Part shown: piece after piece, positions 25,272 through 33,433 of the stretch | Position numbering within the stretch: the stretch's first letter is position 1 | Layout of the letters: each line of letters begins with the position of its first letter | IMG/VR virus record: IMGVR_UViG_3300044614_002195 | Coordinates: 134,290-198,289 of that record | Length of the DNA: 64,000 bases | Origin: a virus | Reading direction: 5' to 3' (one strand) | Translations under genes and position numbers: made by a program | The notes under the pieces: model-generated | Database searches by the model: none | Told to the model about the DNA's origin: nothing | Seen by the model: the letters and a program-made list of their open reading frames with translations, nothing else

Positions 25272-25442
25272 ATGAATAATACATACATTATGCTTGGTTG
25301 TAGTCTGCTAGGATTTATTGATATGGAAATATACAAAAAAGTACAATATCAACCCGAAGCGCCGCTGTGGGTGGGTTTGATAGCTGTTAGTACCATTGTA
25401 TTTGTATCTTCCGTATTCAATATACTAGAAAACCAAGACTAG
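25272..25442 (+). CDS. Small membrane protein (56 aa, not in the ORF track)
   Basis: MNNTYIMLGCSLLGFIDMEIYKKVQYQPEAPLWVGLIAVSTIVFVSSVFNILENQD. Confidence 0.45.
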   Translation: MNNTYIMLGCSLLGFIDMEIYKKVQYQPEAPLWVGLIAVSTIVFVSSVFNILENQD

Positions 25443-25561
25443 CGTACCCCTCCCCCTACCCCCCCACCTAAAATAGGGGGTTTAGAGGTATATTATATTG
25501 AACGGGCTTGATTAGTTTTTCAAGTCCACAAAAAAACCCAAAAACAAAACAAAACAAAAAT

Positions 25562-26062
25562 ATGTCTGAACCAGTAACAACAACAACAGCGTCAGTGTTT
25601 ATGCCATCGCCAATCCAATGCGTAATTGCCGGAGTGGCGCTAGGGTTTGGCGCAACCCTAGGCTATAAGTTTGCCTGCGCCTCATCAGAAGCAGTAAGCG
25701 AAGGGCTACAAAAGAGCAACATCAAGGAAAGAGTCAAAGCCTTGATGAAGAAAAAAGAAGAGCAACCAGCTGAACAGCCGCAGCAAGAAGCTGCCACTGT
25801 AGAGCTGAAGCCAGCGGCCAAGAAGTCAGTTGAGCGGCTCTTAAAGGATAAATCAAAAAACATAAAGTGGGATCAGAAAAAGTTCAACACATGGGCAAAA
25901 GAAAATGCTCGTGATTTGAACAAAATGTACAGCCTTGGAAAGCTGAGCGATCCTACAGAAGACCAGGCAGCACGCGCCTTGAAAATAGGTATGCGGCTAC
26001 AAAAGTCTGCTACTGCGGCAGGCTTATTGAGGGCACCCAAGAAAGCTGCACCAAAAAAATAG
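25562..26062 (+). CDS. Membrane-anchored protein, paralog A (basic tail)
   Basis: MSEPVTTTT...ALGFGATLGYKFACASSEAVS N-terminus shared with 26224. Confidence 0.75.
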   Translation: MSEPVTTTTASVFMPSPIQCVIAGVALGFGATLGYKFACASSEAVSEGLQKSNIKERVKALMKKKEEQPAEQPQQEAATVELKPAAKKSVERLLKDKSKNIKWDQKKFNTWAKENARDLNKMYSLGKLSDPTEDQAARALKIGMRLQKSATAAGLLRAPKKAAPKK

Positions 26063-26076
26063 CAGCTGCAGCAAAA

Positions 26077-26136
26077 AGTCCAATCACTTAACGGTGGTTG
26101 GACTTTTTTTAGCTATCAGCACCCCCCCTATATAAT
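26077..26136 (+). terminator. Terminator + AGCTATCAG box + TATAAT
   Basis: AGTCCAATCAC-TTAACG-GTGGTTGGACT, T-run, box 26111-26119, TATAAT 26131-26136. Confidence 0.8.
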
Positions 26137-26223
26137 GCGTGTGTTTTTGTGTGATAATACTTTGATTAGCCTCAACTTTATAGTTAGAGGTTGTCAATAC
26201 AAACCCAAAAACAAAACAAAAAT

Positions 26224-26655
26224 ATGTCTGAACCGGTAACAACAACAACGTCAGTGTTTATACTCCCTTCACCTCTGCAATGCGTAATTGCTGGAGCTGC
26301 CCTAGGGTTCGGTGCAACCCTGGGCTATAAGTTCGCCTGCGCCTCCTCAGAGGCAGTAAGCTCAGGACTGGATAAGAGTAAAATCAAGGATAGGGTAAAA
26401 GCCTTGATGGAAAAAAGAGAAAAGAAAAACACAGAAAATGAGGTAAATGAAAATGAGGTAAATGAAAATGAGGTCGACATTGATGATGACCTCGATGATG
26501 AGGATGATGGGGATGATAACGAAGACAACGAAGAAAATGGCGAAGATGACGGAGATGAAGACGAGGGAAATGTAGACGAGGGAAATGTAGACGAGGGAAA
26601 TGTAGAGCAAGTTAAGAAAAGCGCTAAGAAGGCGCGACAACAAGCAACTGCATAA
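26224..26655 (+). CDS. Membrane-anchored protein, paralog B (acidic tail)
   Basis: Near-identical N-terminus to 25562; D/E/N low-complexity tail. Confidence 0.75.
   Translation: MSEPVTTTTSVFILPSPLQCVIAGAALGFGATLGYKFACASSEAVSSGLDKSKIKDRVKALMEKREKKNTENEVNENEVNENEVDIDDDLDDEDDGDDNEDNEENGEDDGDEDEGNVDEGNVDEGNVEQVKKSAKKARQQATA
26434..26604 (+). repeat. Two 15-bp tandem repeat tracts
   Basis: GAAAATGAGGTAAAT x2.8 (26434-26475); GACGAGGGAAATGTA x3 (26560-26604). Confidence 0.9.
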
Positions 26656-26700
26656 AAAGGCTATCCCAGTGGGGATATAAGCAGTGGTGAAGCCACTGGA

Positions 26701-26768
26701 AAGCTTCCTTCCCCAAAAGGGTTGGAAGCTTTTTTTAGCTATCAGCCTTTACGACTATAGTATATAAT
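26701..26768 (+). terminator. Terminator + AGCTATCAG box + -10 elements
   Basis: AAGCTTCC...GGAAGCTT, T-run, box 26737-26745, TATAGT 26756-26761, TATAAT 26763-26768. Confidence 0.78.
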
Positions 26769-26776
26769 CTTCTATT

Positions 26777-27280
26777 ATGACCACAAAAGAAGCCAACCTA
26801 AATAAAGCATTCGAAGAAAAGATCAAAAACCTAATTCATGGCAAAAGATCAGGATACAAAACATTTGGAACAATCACAGGAGGAATGCTTGGTTCAGGTA
26901 TAGGAGGAACCAAAGGGCTAGTAGACGCTATTCAAAGTCAGAACAGAGGTGAAATGGACAATCTTGAAACAAAAGAAAAGATTAAACAATATATGCGAAT
27001 GATGCTAAAACCTGGTGCAAAAGGTCTAGCAGTAGGCGCAACTCTTGGACTTGGAGGAGGTCAGTTATTAAAGAATAGAGATGTGGGTATGGAGATGAAT
27101 AAAATAAGCCCTAAAATACAAGAAACATTAAAAGGATTTAGTAAAAAAGAAATGCCTTATGCTGAAAAGGCGGTATATGAAGATCTTGAGAAGGTAATTC
27201 CTAAATTTGACATGATTGAGAATATTGTGGCTAAAATAAAAGGCAAAAACTTAATGCCCCCACCCCCTCCAAGTAAATAA
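26777..27280 (+). CDS. Glycine-zipper membrane protein
   Basis: GTITGGMLGSGIGGTKG and GLAVGATLGLGGG. Confidence 0.7.
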   Translation: MTTKEANLNKAFEEKIKNLIHGKRSGYKTFGTITGGMLGSGIGGTKGLVDAIQSQNRGEMDNLETKEKIKQYMRMMLKPGAKGLAVGATLGLGGGQLLKNRDVGMEMNKISPKIQETLKGFSKKEMPYAEKAVYEDLEKVIPKFDMIENIVAKIKGKNLMPPPPPSK

Positions 27281-27350
27281 AGGTTTTTAGGGTATATTAG
27301 TCTGATGAGCCTCTAATAGTTTTTAGCGGGCCAAAAAAAACCCAAAAACC

Positions 27351-27512
27351 ATGAAAACACTAGCACTATTATTAGCATTGACAGTTAACCTCCAGGCGCA
27401 AACCTGGAATAAAGCAGACCTGATCGAGGGGCTATTCGAGCCTATCGAGGAAAACATTAACATAGAGGAAATATACGCTCCTTTGGAAAAGGACAATAAC
27501 AACAAAGCTTAA
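27351..27512 (+). CDS. Small secreted protein (53 aa, not in the ORF track)
   Basis: MKTLALLLALTVNLQA signal peptide behind a hairpin and AAACCCAAAA leader. Confidence 0.55.
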   Translation: MKTLALLLALTVNLQAQTWNKADLIEGLFEPIEENINIEEIYAPLEKDNNNKA

Positions 27513-27570
27513 AACCATGTGAACAAAACTTGAGAATAAGCACCAACTGGAAAAAAACCTAATCTACCAT

Positions 27571-27882
27571 ATGGGAAACCTGGTAATTCGAAGTTATATA
27601 GATCTAGCGGAAACCTTGATAAGTTGTAGGGCATATCTGGAAACAATGGATCAATGGGAAACATTCCCTGAAGATCTGACTGACCACTATAGAAAACCTA
27701 TATTAGATAAGCTTTGTAATAAAACGATGGATTGGTTAGAGCTGAAACAGAGTGACAGAGAGGCTGTGTTTACAATCATAGACGACGCGCTCTGTTATGA
27801 AGATCCTTTACCGATTCTAAAAGAGCTCACAAAGCTAGGAAGAATTGCTGATCTTGAGTGGAAGGTCTGGATTGATGATTGA
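27571..27882 (+). CDS. Hypothetical protein
   Basis: ORF ending at a terminator. Confidence 0.65.
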   Translation: MGNLVIRSYIDLAETLISCRAYLETMDQWETFPEDLTDHYRKPILDKLCNKTMDWLELKQSDREAVFTIIDDALCYEDPLPILKELTKLGRIADLEWKVWIDD

Positions 27883-27891
27883 TGAGTAAAA

Positions 27892-27954
27892 AAAGCGCAT
27901 CTCTGTAAAGAGAGTAAGTCGCTTTTTTTAGCTATCAGACATTAGACCTATAAT
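27892..27954 (+). terminator. Terminator + AGCTATCAG box + TATAAT
   Basis: Imperfect AAGCG...CGCTT stem, T-run, box 27930-27938, TATAAT 27949-27954. Confidence 0.7.
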
Positions 27955-28069
27955 ATATAATAGGCTAATAAAGATAATAAGATAATAGTAGGCAAAATAT
28001 TACTAGGTAAATATTGCCTACCTAGGCAGAAAAAGCTTTAAACTTGTACACTTTCACGGAAACCGCAGT

Positions 28070-28969
28070 ATGATCCCAGGAAAAGAACATAAAAAAGAAA
28101 AATTTATAACGCTACTAGATAAAATAGCGAATGCTGTAGCTATTCCTGGTATGCGTGTTCCTGCTATAGGTGAAGTTCCTAGCGTAGGTAAATCGCCGGA
28201 TGTTAAACCAATGACCGCCCCTTTTAAGCTAGATAAAAAACTTAATACTCCAAAGCTTAAAGCTAATAGTTCTGCCAGTACGGACGCATTCAGACCTAGT
28301 ATGAGTACTCCTGCTAGAGGTAGAACTAGTCCAGAGCCAAAGCCGTTACGTCCGCAAGAGGTAACTCATATACCTAGGCCTTTCTCAAAGATTGCATATA
28401 AGCGTAATACAGGATTAGTGGACAGCAATGGTTTGCCATATACCAACACTGACGACGTCATACTATTAAGTAAACTAGGGTACACTATAGATAAAGATTA
28501 TTATCTGTTCCTTCCTAGAGGAGAAGAGAGAGAAGGTTTGTACACATATATAGAGAAGAATGCTGGTGTACCTAAAGATGTGAGTAGGTGTATTGATGAG
28601 GGTACAGCGTTCAGTGCGGAATATCTAAAGGATATGGATTATGAGGTACCAGAGGGATATGAGATAAAAGGTGATCTATGTTGTCCTGTCGAGAAGACTA
28701 GAAAAGAGGAAAAAGAGTATCCTGAGAAGACTGCTGCGGCTAATCACGAACTCAAAAGCTCTAACATCAAGGCTGTAGGATATAACAAAGAGGATAAGAG
28801 CATGGACGTAGCTTTCCATAGTGGTGGTAACTATACCTATAAGGATGTACCCAAGAGCTTATTTGATCGTATTAAGCGGGTAAAGAGCCCAGGCAAGTTC
28901 TTCCATAAGCATATTAAAAGAGATAACTCTTATCAGTATAATAAAACTGAGAAAGAAAACCTCGCGTAA
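28070..28969 (+). CDS. Modular protein with C-terminal KTSC domain
   Basis: KSSNIKAVGYNKEDKSMDVAFHSGGNYTYKDVP...SPGKFFHKHIK. Confidence 0.8.
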   Translation: MIPGKEHKKEKFITLLDKIANAVAIPGMRVPAIGEVPSVGKSPDVKPMTAPFKLDKKLNTPKLKANSSASTDAFRPSMSTPARGRTSPEPKPLRPQEVTHIPRPFSKIAYKRNTGLVDSNGLPYTNTDDVILLSKLGYTIDKDYYLFLPRGEEREGLYTYIEKNAGVPKDVSRCIDEGTAFSAEYLKDMDYEVPEGYEIKGDLCCPVEKTRKEEKEYPEKTAAANHELKSSNIKAVGYNKEDKSMDVAFHSGGNYTYKDVPKSLFDRIKRVKSPGKFFHKHIKRDNSYQYNKTEKENLA

Positions 28970-29004
28970 AGATTATCTTTCTATTTATGGTATAATTATT
29001 TGAA

Positions 29005-29478
29005 ATGAGTAATTTAACTAAACAAATATATGTTGAGACCGTCGCGTACCTTAAAAGTATAGGTGTAAAAATACCTAAGCATGAGGTTTTTTTTAAAGAA
29101 GGCTATAGCGGATCATATGTCACAAGATCCAGATACGAGATAAAACTTGTACTGGGAAAATATGTGACGCATAAAATATGTAAAAGATTTGTTATGCATG
29201 AGTTAATTCATGTGATAGCCGCCAGAAAAAAGCTACCAGTAATCTTTAGCAGACAGCAAAGTATTTCCGAAAATCTACCTCTACAGATTCTATCAGGAAT
29301 TCCTGATTGCTTCAGGCCTTGCGGATATGCTTCTTGGTATGCTAAACTAAGCAATGGGGAAGAGGCTTTAGCTGAACTTTTAGGGTATATTTACTCTAAA
29401 GGAAATTTTGGCGAAGTTGATATTCCTGAAGATTTAAATACTGAATATAACAAAGCTATAAACTGGTTAAAGAAGTAA
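29005..29478 (+). CDS. Putative zincin metallopeptidase
   Basis: VMHELIHV (HExxH) and YA...EEALAEL. Confidence 0.6.
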   Translation: MSNLTKQIYVETVAYLKSIGVKIPKHEVFFKEGYSGSYVTRSRYEIKLVLGKYVTHKICKRFVMHELIHVIAARKKLPVIFSRQQSISENLPLQILSGIPDCFRPCGYASWYAKLSNGEEALAELLGYIYSKGNFGEVDIPEDLNTEYNKAINWLKK

Positions 29479-29481
29479 AAT

Positions 29482-29525
29482 AAAAAAAGCTTTAGATTCG
29501 TCTAGAGCTTTTTTTTAGATATCAA
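29482..29525 (+). terminator. Bidirectional terminator + variant box AGATATCAA
   Basis: A7GCTTTAGA-TTCG-TCTAGAGCT8; variant box 29517-29525. Confidence 0.75.
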
Positions 29526-29532
29526 ACATTAT

Positions 29533-30918
29533 ATGAGTCCAAAACTTAAACAACTATATATTAAATTAAGGCAGCTAGCCAATGCTAACTTTGAAAGAGG
29601 TGCATATGGTCCTGGTATAGCTAGAGAAGCACGCGAAAAAGGCGTTAGATTAATTGAGCCTGTGATGCATGAAGGCAACACAGAATATTTAAAGCTTTCT
29701 AAAAAATTGATGGCTAGTGAAAATCCTGTGCTGCGAAGAATAGGGAAAAAGCTAAGTAATTCTTTTGGATTAGAGGGAGAGATACCTACAGATCAGCTAG
29801 GTAAATCTCCCATTAACATTAATCCTTTAACTAATAGCCCTTTTGATTCGCATAAACTACACAAAGGAACACTTAAAACTAAAAAACAGCTAGATAAGAT
29901 TCTTGAATTAGAGGGCAACAAAGCAGAAGAAGCTTCTATTTTTCCTCATATTGGAGAAACTGTAAGATTAAGCGATTTTGAATATGACCGTAAACGATTG
30001 ATTGAAGAATTGCGTAAAAAATTTCCTGAAGGTTTTGTAGTAAAAAAGAACGATGCGAGAAACTCTATAAAATCAAGAGGCACAAAAAGACCGGAGATAT
30101 ATTTTTCAGGAGACGCTAATATTGGAGATATTAGTAAAATTAAAGCACATGACATGACTGATTGGATTGTGCAGCCCGATAAAAAATTAAAAGGATTACC
30201 TTCTTTTCTTAGTAAAATAGATAAACGTTTTTTCCCAAAAGGAAATCCCTCTGGAGCTAATGAATATAGGGTGAACGTTGTTAATGGAAGGATTGTTCCC
30301 TATGGTACAAAGCACAGGGGGAGCCCAAGCATAAACATGATGCAAACCATATTGCCGTTTAGAACTCCAGAGTTACGTCGAGTAGAAAGATACGCGCAAG
30401 AAGCAATCGATGCTGCTCATCCAGATGCCAGGAAAGGGCACTATGCTTTTGATGTAGGTTTTGATACAGCAAATAAGCCTAAATTAATAGAAACCAATCC
30501 TGGCGGTAAGGGTATAAATGGTTTTTATTTTACAGATCCAAATGTTCCTGACGCAATTAGAGCTAATATTCAAGAAAGATTACCTTATTTTGTAAAGGCT
30601 CGCAGAGCTCTTTGGGGAGCAGCTGGTCTTGGCGGACTAGCTGCAGCAACTTCAGGGAATAAAAACGAAGAACAGCCTGCAGCTAAAATGGCACATATTA
30701 AAGAACTTATAAAGAAAGCTGCAAATAAACAATCTTTATTGCCTGGAATTAATAAATGGTTAAAAACTCAGCCATTTAATTATGCTGAGGACGCTTATAC
30801 ACATGGAAGAATACCCAAACATGTAAGAGACGCTATTGTTAGCGGCAGAGCAGCTGCAGAATACAGGCCAAAATTTCAAGAAATATTGGAACACTTGAGA
30901 AGTTCTGGTAAAAAATAA
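29533..30918 (+). CDS. Modular protein with ATP-grasp-like domain
   Basis: GFVVKK, NEYRVNVVNGRIV, YAFDVG...IETNPGG; C-terminal Gly-rich helix. Confidence 0.55.
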   Translation: MSPKLKQLYIKLRQLANANFERGAYGPGIAREAREKGVRLIEPVMHEGNTEYLKLSKKLMASENPVLRRIGKKLSNSFGLEGEIPTDQLGKSPININPLTNSPFDSHKLHKGTLKTKKQLDKILELEGNKAEEASIFPHIGETVRLSDFEYDRKRLIEELRKKFPEGFVVKKNDARNSIKSRGTKRPEIYFSGDANIGDISKIKAHDMTDWIVQPDKKLKGLPSFLSKIDKRFFPKGNPSGANEYRVNVVNGRIVPYGTKHRGSPSINMMQTILPFRTPELRRVERYAQEAIDAAHPDARKGHYAFDVGFDTANKPKLIETNPGGKGINGFYFTDPNVPDAIRANIQERLPYFVKARRALWGAAGLGGLAAATSGNKNEEQPAAKMAHIKELIKKAANKQSLLPGINKWLKTQPFNYAEDAYTHGRIPKHVRDAIVSGRAAAEYRPKFQEILEHLRSSGKK

Positions 30919-30940
30919 TAAAATAAAATATAATCTTCTG

Positions 30941-31303
30941 ATGGAACCCCCAAAATCGATAGACTTAAAACAATACGGAATTGACGTGGGTCTATTGATC
31001 AGTGGTTTGTTCGGGGCAATACTTCTCACCAGTAAAGGGTCAGCCAATAACCTACCTAGAACAATCAGTAGTCTTATAGGCGGCGCAGCAAGCGCCAACT
31101 ATATTACTCCTATTGTAGTATCTATAGCCAAGCTGGACGACAGTCACTATCATTATGGTATAGCCTTTCTACTTGGTTTTCTAGGCTTGAAAGGTATTGA
31201 ATATTTTAGTAAAAAATTAATTCCTGACAACAAAGAAGAGGAAGAGCCGGCACCCATTAAAAAGCCTAGAGCTAAGAGAACAACTAAAAGAAAAGCAGTA
31301 TGA
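30941..31303 (+). CDS. Holin-like membrane protein
   Basis: Three TM helices (GLFGA, GGAASANY, FLLGFLGLKG) and a basic tail. Confidence 0.5.
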   Translation: MEPPKSIDLKQYGIDVGLLISGLFGAILLTSKGSANNLPRTISSLIGGAASANYITPIVVSIAKLDDSHYHYGIAFLLGFLGLKGIEYFSKKLIPDNKEEEEPAPIKKPRAKRTTKRKAV

Positions 31304-31683
31304 CCAATCTAACCCTAGTTAATGTAATAGCCAATAGCACCACTGCGTTTAGTGGGCTTGGGCTGTTAATTCATATATTTGGAGATCCTGATAACAGTAT
31401 CTGGAATAACAGGATGAAAGCTGCTCTGGCTAAGCTAGGGTTGAGTATTACTACATGTGGTGCTGTAGCCAACTGTATCACACTGTCAGCTCCTCCTCCT
31501 ACAGAAGTGGTATTGAATGTAGGTATTGCTGTCACATTTTTTTGGCTGAACTGGTGGCAGTTTGAAATGTTTAAGGCTATGCAAAAATCTCACAATGAGT
31601 TAAAATCTAAAAAACCTAGAACTAGAAAACAACCGGTTAAACCTAAAACAAAAAAATATGAACACAGAACAAGCATACATTGA
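31300..31683 (+). CDS. Membrane protein
   Basis: Three hydrophobic helices and a basic tail. Confidence 0.65.
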   Translation: MTNLTLVNVIANSTTAFSGLGLLIHIFGDPDNSIWNNRMKAALAKLGLSITTCGAVANCITLSAPPPTEVVLNVGIAVTFFWLNWWQFEMFKAMQKSHNELKSKKPRTRKQPVKPKTKKYEHRTSIH

Positions 31684-31942
31684 AGGATTCGTGAAAAGAG
31701 CCAGTGAATATGGATTTTCTGAACACGAGGCTATTGAACTATTGAAACAGGCTGGCAAAAAGATAGGTGTACCAAAAAAAGCTCCATCTATACCTGGGAA
31801 ATATCATAATTCACCTCCGCTAAATTACAAACCTAAATTAATAAGACAAGCTACTTCAGCACAACAAGAAAAATTAAAATCTTTGCAGAAAAAAAACCCT
31901 AGAGGTGCTGCAAATTATCTTTATAACTTGCTAGAAGAATAA
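31658..31942 (+). CDS. MNxEQAY-leader family protein 1
   Basis: MNTEQAYIEGFVKRASEYGFSEHEAIELLKQA leader. Confidence 0.75.
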   Translation: MNTEQAYIEGFVKRASEYGFSEHEAIELLKQAGKKIGVPKKAPSIPGKYHNSPPLNYKPKLIRQATSAQQEKLKSLQKKNPRGAANYLYNLLEE

Positions 31943-31970
31943 TAATTTATAGTTAAATTTCAAAATAGCT

Positions 31971-32618
31971 ATGAATGAAGAACAAGCATACGTTGATGGC
32001 TTTTTTAAGAGAGCAGCAGACTATGGTTTCTCAGAAGAGGAAGCTATAAATTTATTGAAGGAAGCTGAAAAGCCTGGCTTGTGGGCAAACATCAGAGCAA
32101 GGAGAGCTAGAGGAGAAAGAGCGGCTAAACCTGGCGAAGAAGATTATCCTGATAAGAAGCAATGGAATAAACTGACTAAAGCGTCATCGACAGAAAAAAA
32201 TGCTAACGTAATAGAGCGATTACGTAAAACAACAGGATTGCTTCCTGAGCATATAATGGCTGCGGGTACAGGAGCTATAAGTCTTGGAGCGCTAGCGCAT
32301 CAGCTTAATAAAGATAAAAATGAAAAAAATGCTGCAAGCTCTCCAGCATGGCAGCGTAGCGCTGGAAAGAATCCTGAAGGCGGATTAAATGCCAAGGGTA
32401 GAGCTAGCTATAAAAAGCAAACCGGCGGTACTCTTAAGGCTCCTGTGACAGAGAGTAATCCAAAGGGGGAAAGAGCCAAAAGACAGAATAGTTTCTGTAG
32501 CCGTATGTGTGGCATGAAGCGGGTTAATACAGGAAGTAAGGCAAAAAGCGATCCAGATAGCCGTATCAACAAGTCTTTGCGTAAGTGGAATTGTAAGTGC
32601 GGTGAGTGCGAAGAATAG
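31971..32618 (+). CDS. MNxEQAY-leader family protein 2 with DUF6321-like C-terminal domain
   Basis: Leader, GLWANIRARR module, then AWQRSAGKNPEGGLNAKGRASY...RINKSLRKWNC. Confidence 0.75.
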   Translation: MNEEQAYVDGFFKRAADYGFSEEEAINLLKEAEKPGLWANIRARRARGERAAKPGEEDYPDKKQWNKLTKASSTEKNANVIERLRKTTGLLPEHIMAAGTGAISLGALAHQLNKDKNEKNAASSPAWQRSAGKNPEGGLNAKGRASYKKQTGGTLKAPVTESNPKGERAKRQNSFCSRMCGMKRVNTGSKAKSDPDSRINKSLRKWNCKCGECEE

Positions 32619-32621
32619 TGT

Positions 32622-32981
32622 ATGGCTAAAAATGTAACTACAGAGAAAGAGCTCTTGGAAGGTAAAGAAAATCCAGAGCACAAGCGTAGTACTAAATGGG
32701 CCAGTGTGAGAAGAACACACATCAAAGCTAATCCCGAGTGCGCTCTCTGTGGGGGTACTCGTAAGCTAGAGGTGCATCATGTTAAACCTTTTCATACTCA
32801 TCCTGAGCTAGAGTTAGACCCTAACAATCTTATTACTCTATGCGAAGATAAAGGTCACGGAGTATACTGTCATCTGTTCTTTGGGCATCTAGGCAACTAT
32901 AAGGGTATTAATGAAAACCTGAGAGAAGACATACTGGTGTGGAAAGATAGATTGAGGAATAGGAAAAATGCGTCTACCTAG
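32622..32981 (+). CDS. HNH endonuclease
   Basis: CALC...EVHHVKP...NLITLC...CH. Confidence 0.85.
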   Translation: MAKNVTTEKELLEGKENPEHKRSTKWASVRRTHIKANPECALCGGTRKLEVHHVKPFHTHPELELDPNNLITLCEDKGHGVYCHLFFGHLGNYKGINENLREDILVWKDRLRNRKNAST

Positions 32982-33417
32982 TGTAGAGTGCCCTATTTGC
33001 GGCAAAATATGGCGAGAACCTTCTCAGAGGATGCGGGAAGGTAAAACATGTAGCAAAATCTGTAGTAGTATAAAAGGCTATCTGAGCGGAGATAGAAAAG
33101 AAACTGGCATAGAGCTCAAACTCCAAGCACTATTAACTGAAATGAGTATAGAGTTTGTTACTCAAAAGCCTATACTAGGAGTTACAATTGCGGATCTATT
33201 CGTATATCCTAATGTAGTATTGTTTGCTGACGGCAAATACTGGCATCACAACACAGAAGCACAAGAGAACAAGGATAGGGCTATAACTCAAAAGCTAAAA
33301 AAGGCAGGATATATAGTTTTAAGGCTTGAAGAAGATGAAATAAATAAATATATTGAAGAAGTTAAAAAGAAAGTGACTCTGGCCTACAGTTGTCGTAAAA
33401 TAGAAAAGAAATTATAA
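32968..33417 (+). CDS. Vsr/DUF559-like PD-(D/E)XK endonuclease with zinc finger
   Basis: CPIC...CSKIC; IADLFV...FADGKYWH...KDRAITQKLKKAGYIVLRL. Confidence 0.8.
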   Translation: MRLPSVECPICGKIWREPSQRMREGKTCSKICSSIKGYLSGDRKETGIELKLQALLTEMSIEFVTQKPILGVTIADLFVYPNVVLFADGKYWHHNTEAQENKDRAITQKLKKAGYIVLRLEEDEINKYIEEVKKKVTLAYSCRKIEKKL

Positions 33418-33433
33418 CTACCATATAACTACC

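Noticed and set aside
27296-27337. Hammerhead-like CTGATGA followed by a stem
   Set aside because: The stem is followed by CAAA rather than GAAA (catalytic G12 is missing) and there are no stems I/III. It is better explained as a promoter-proximal hairpin.
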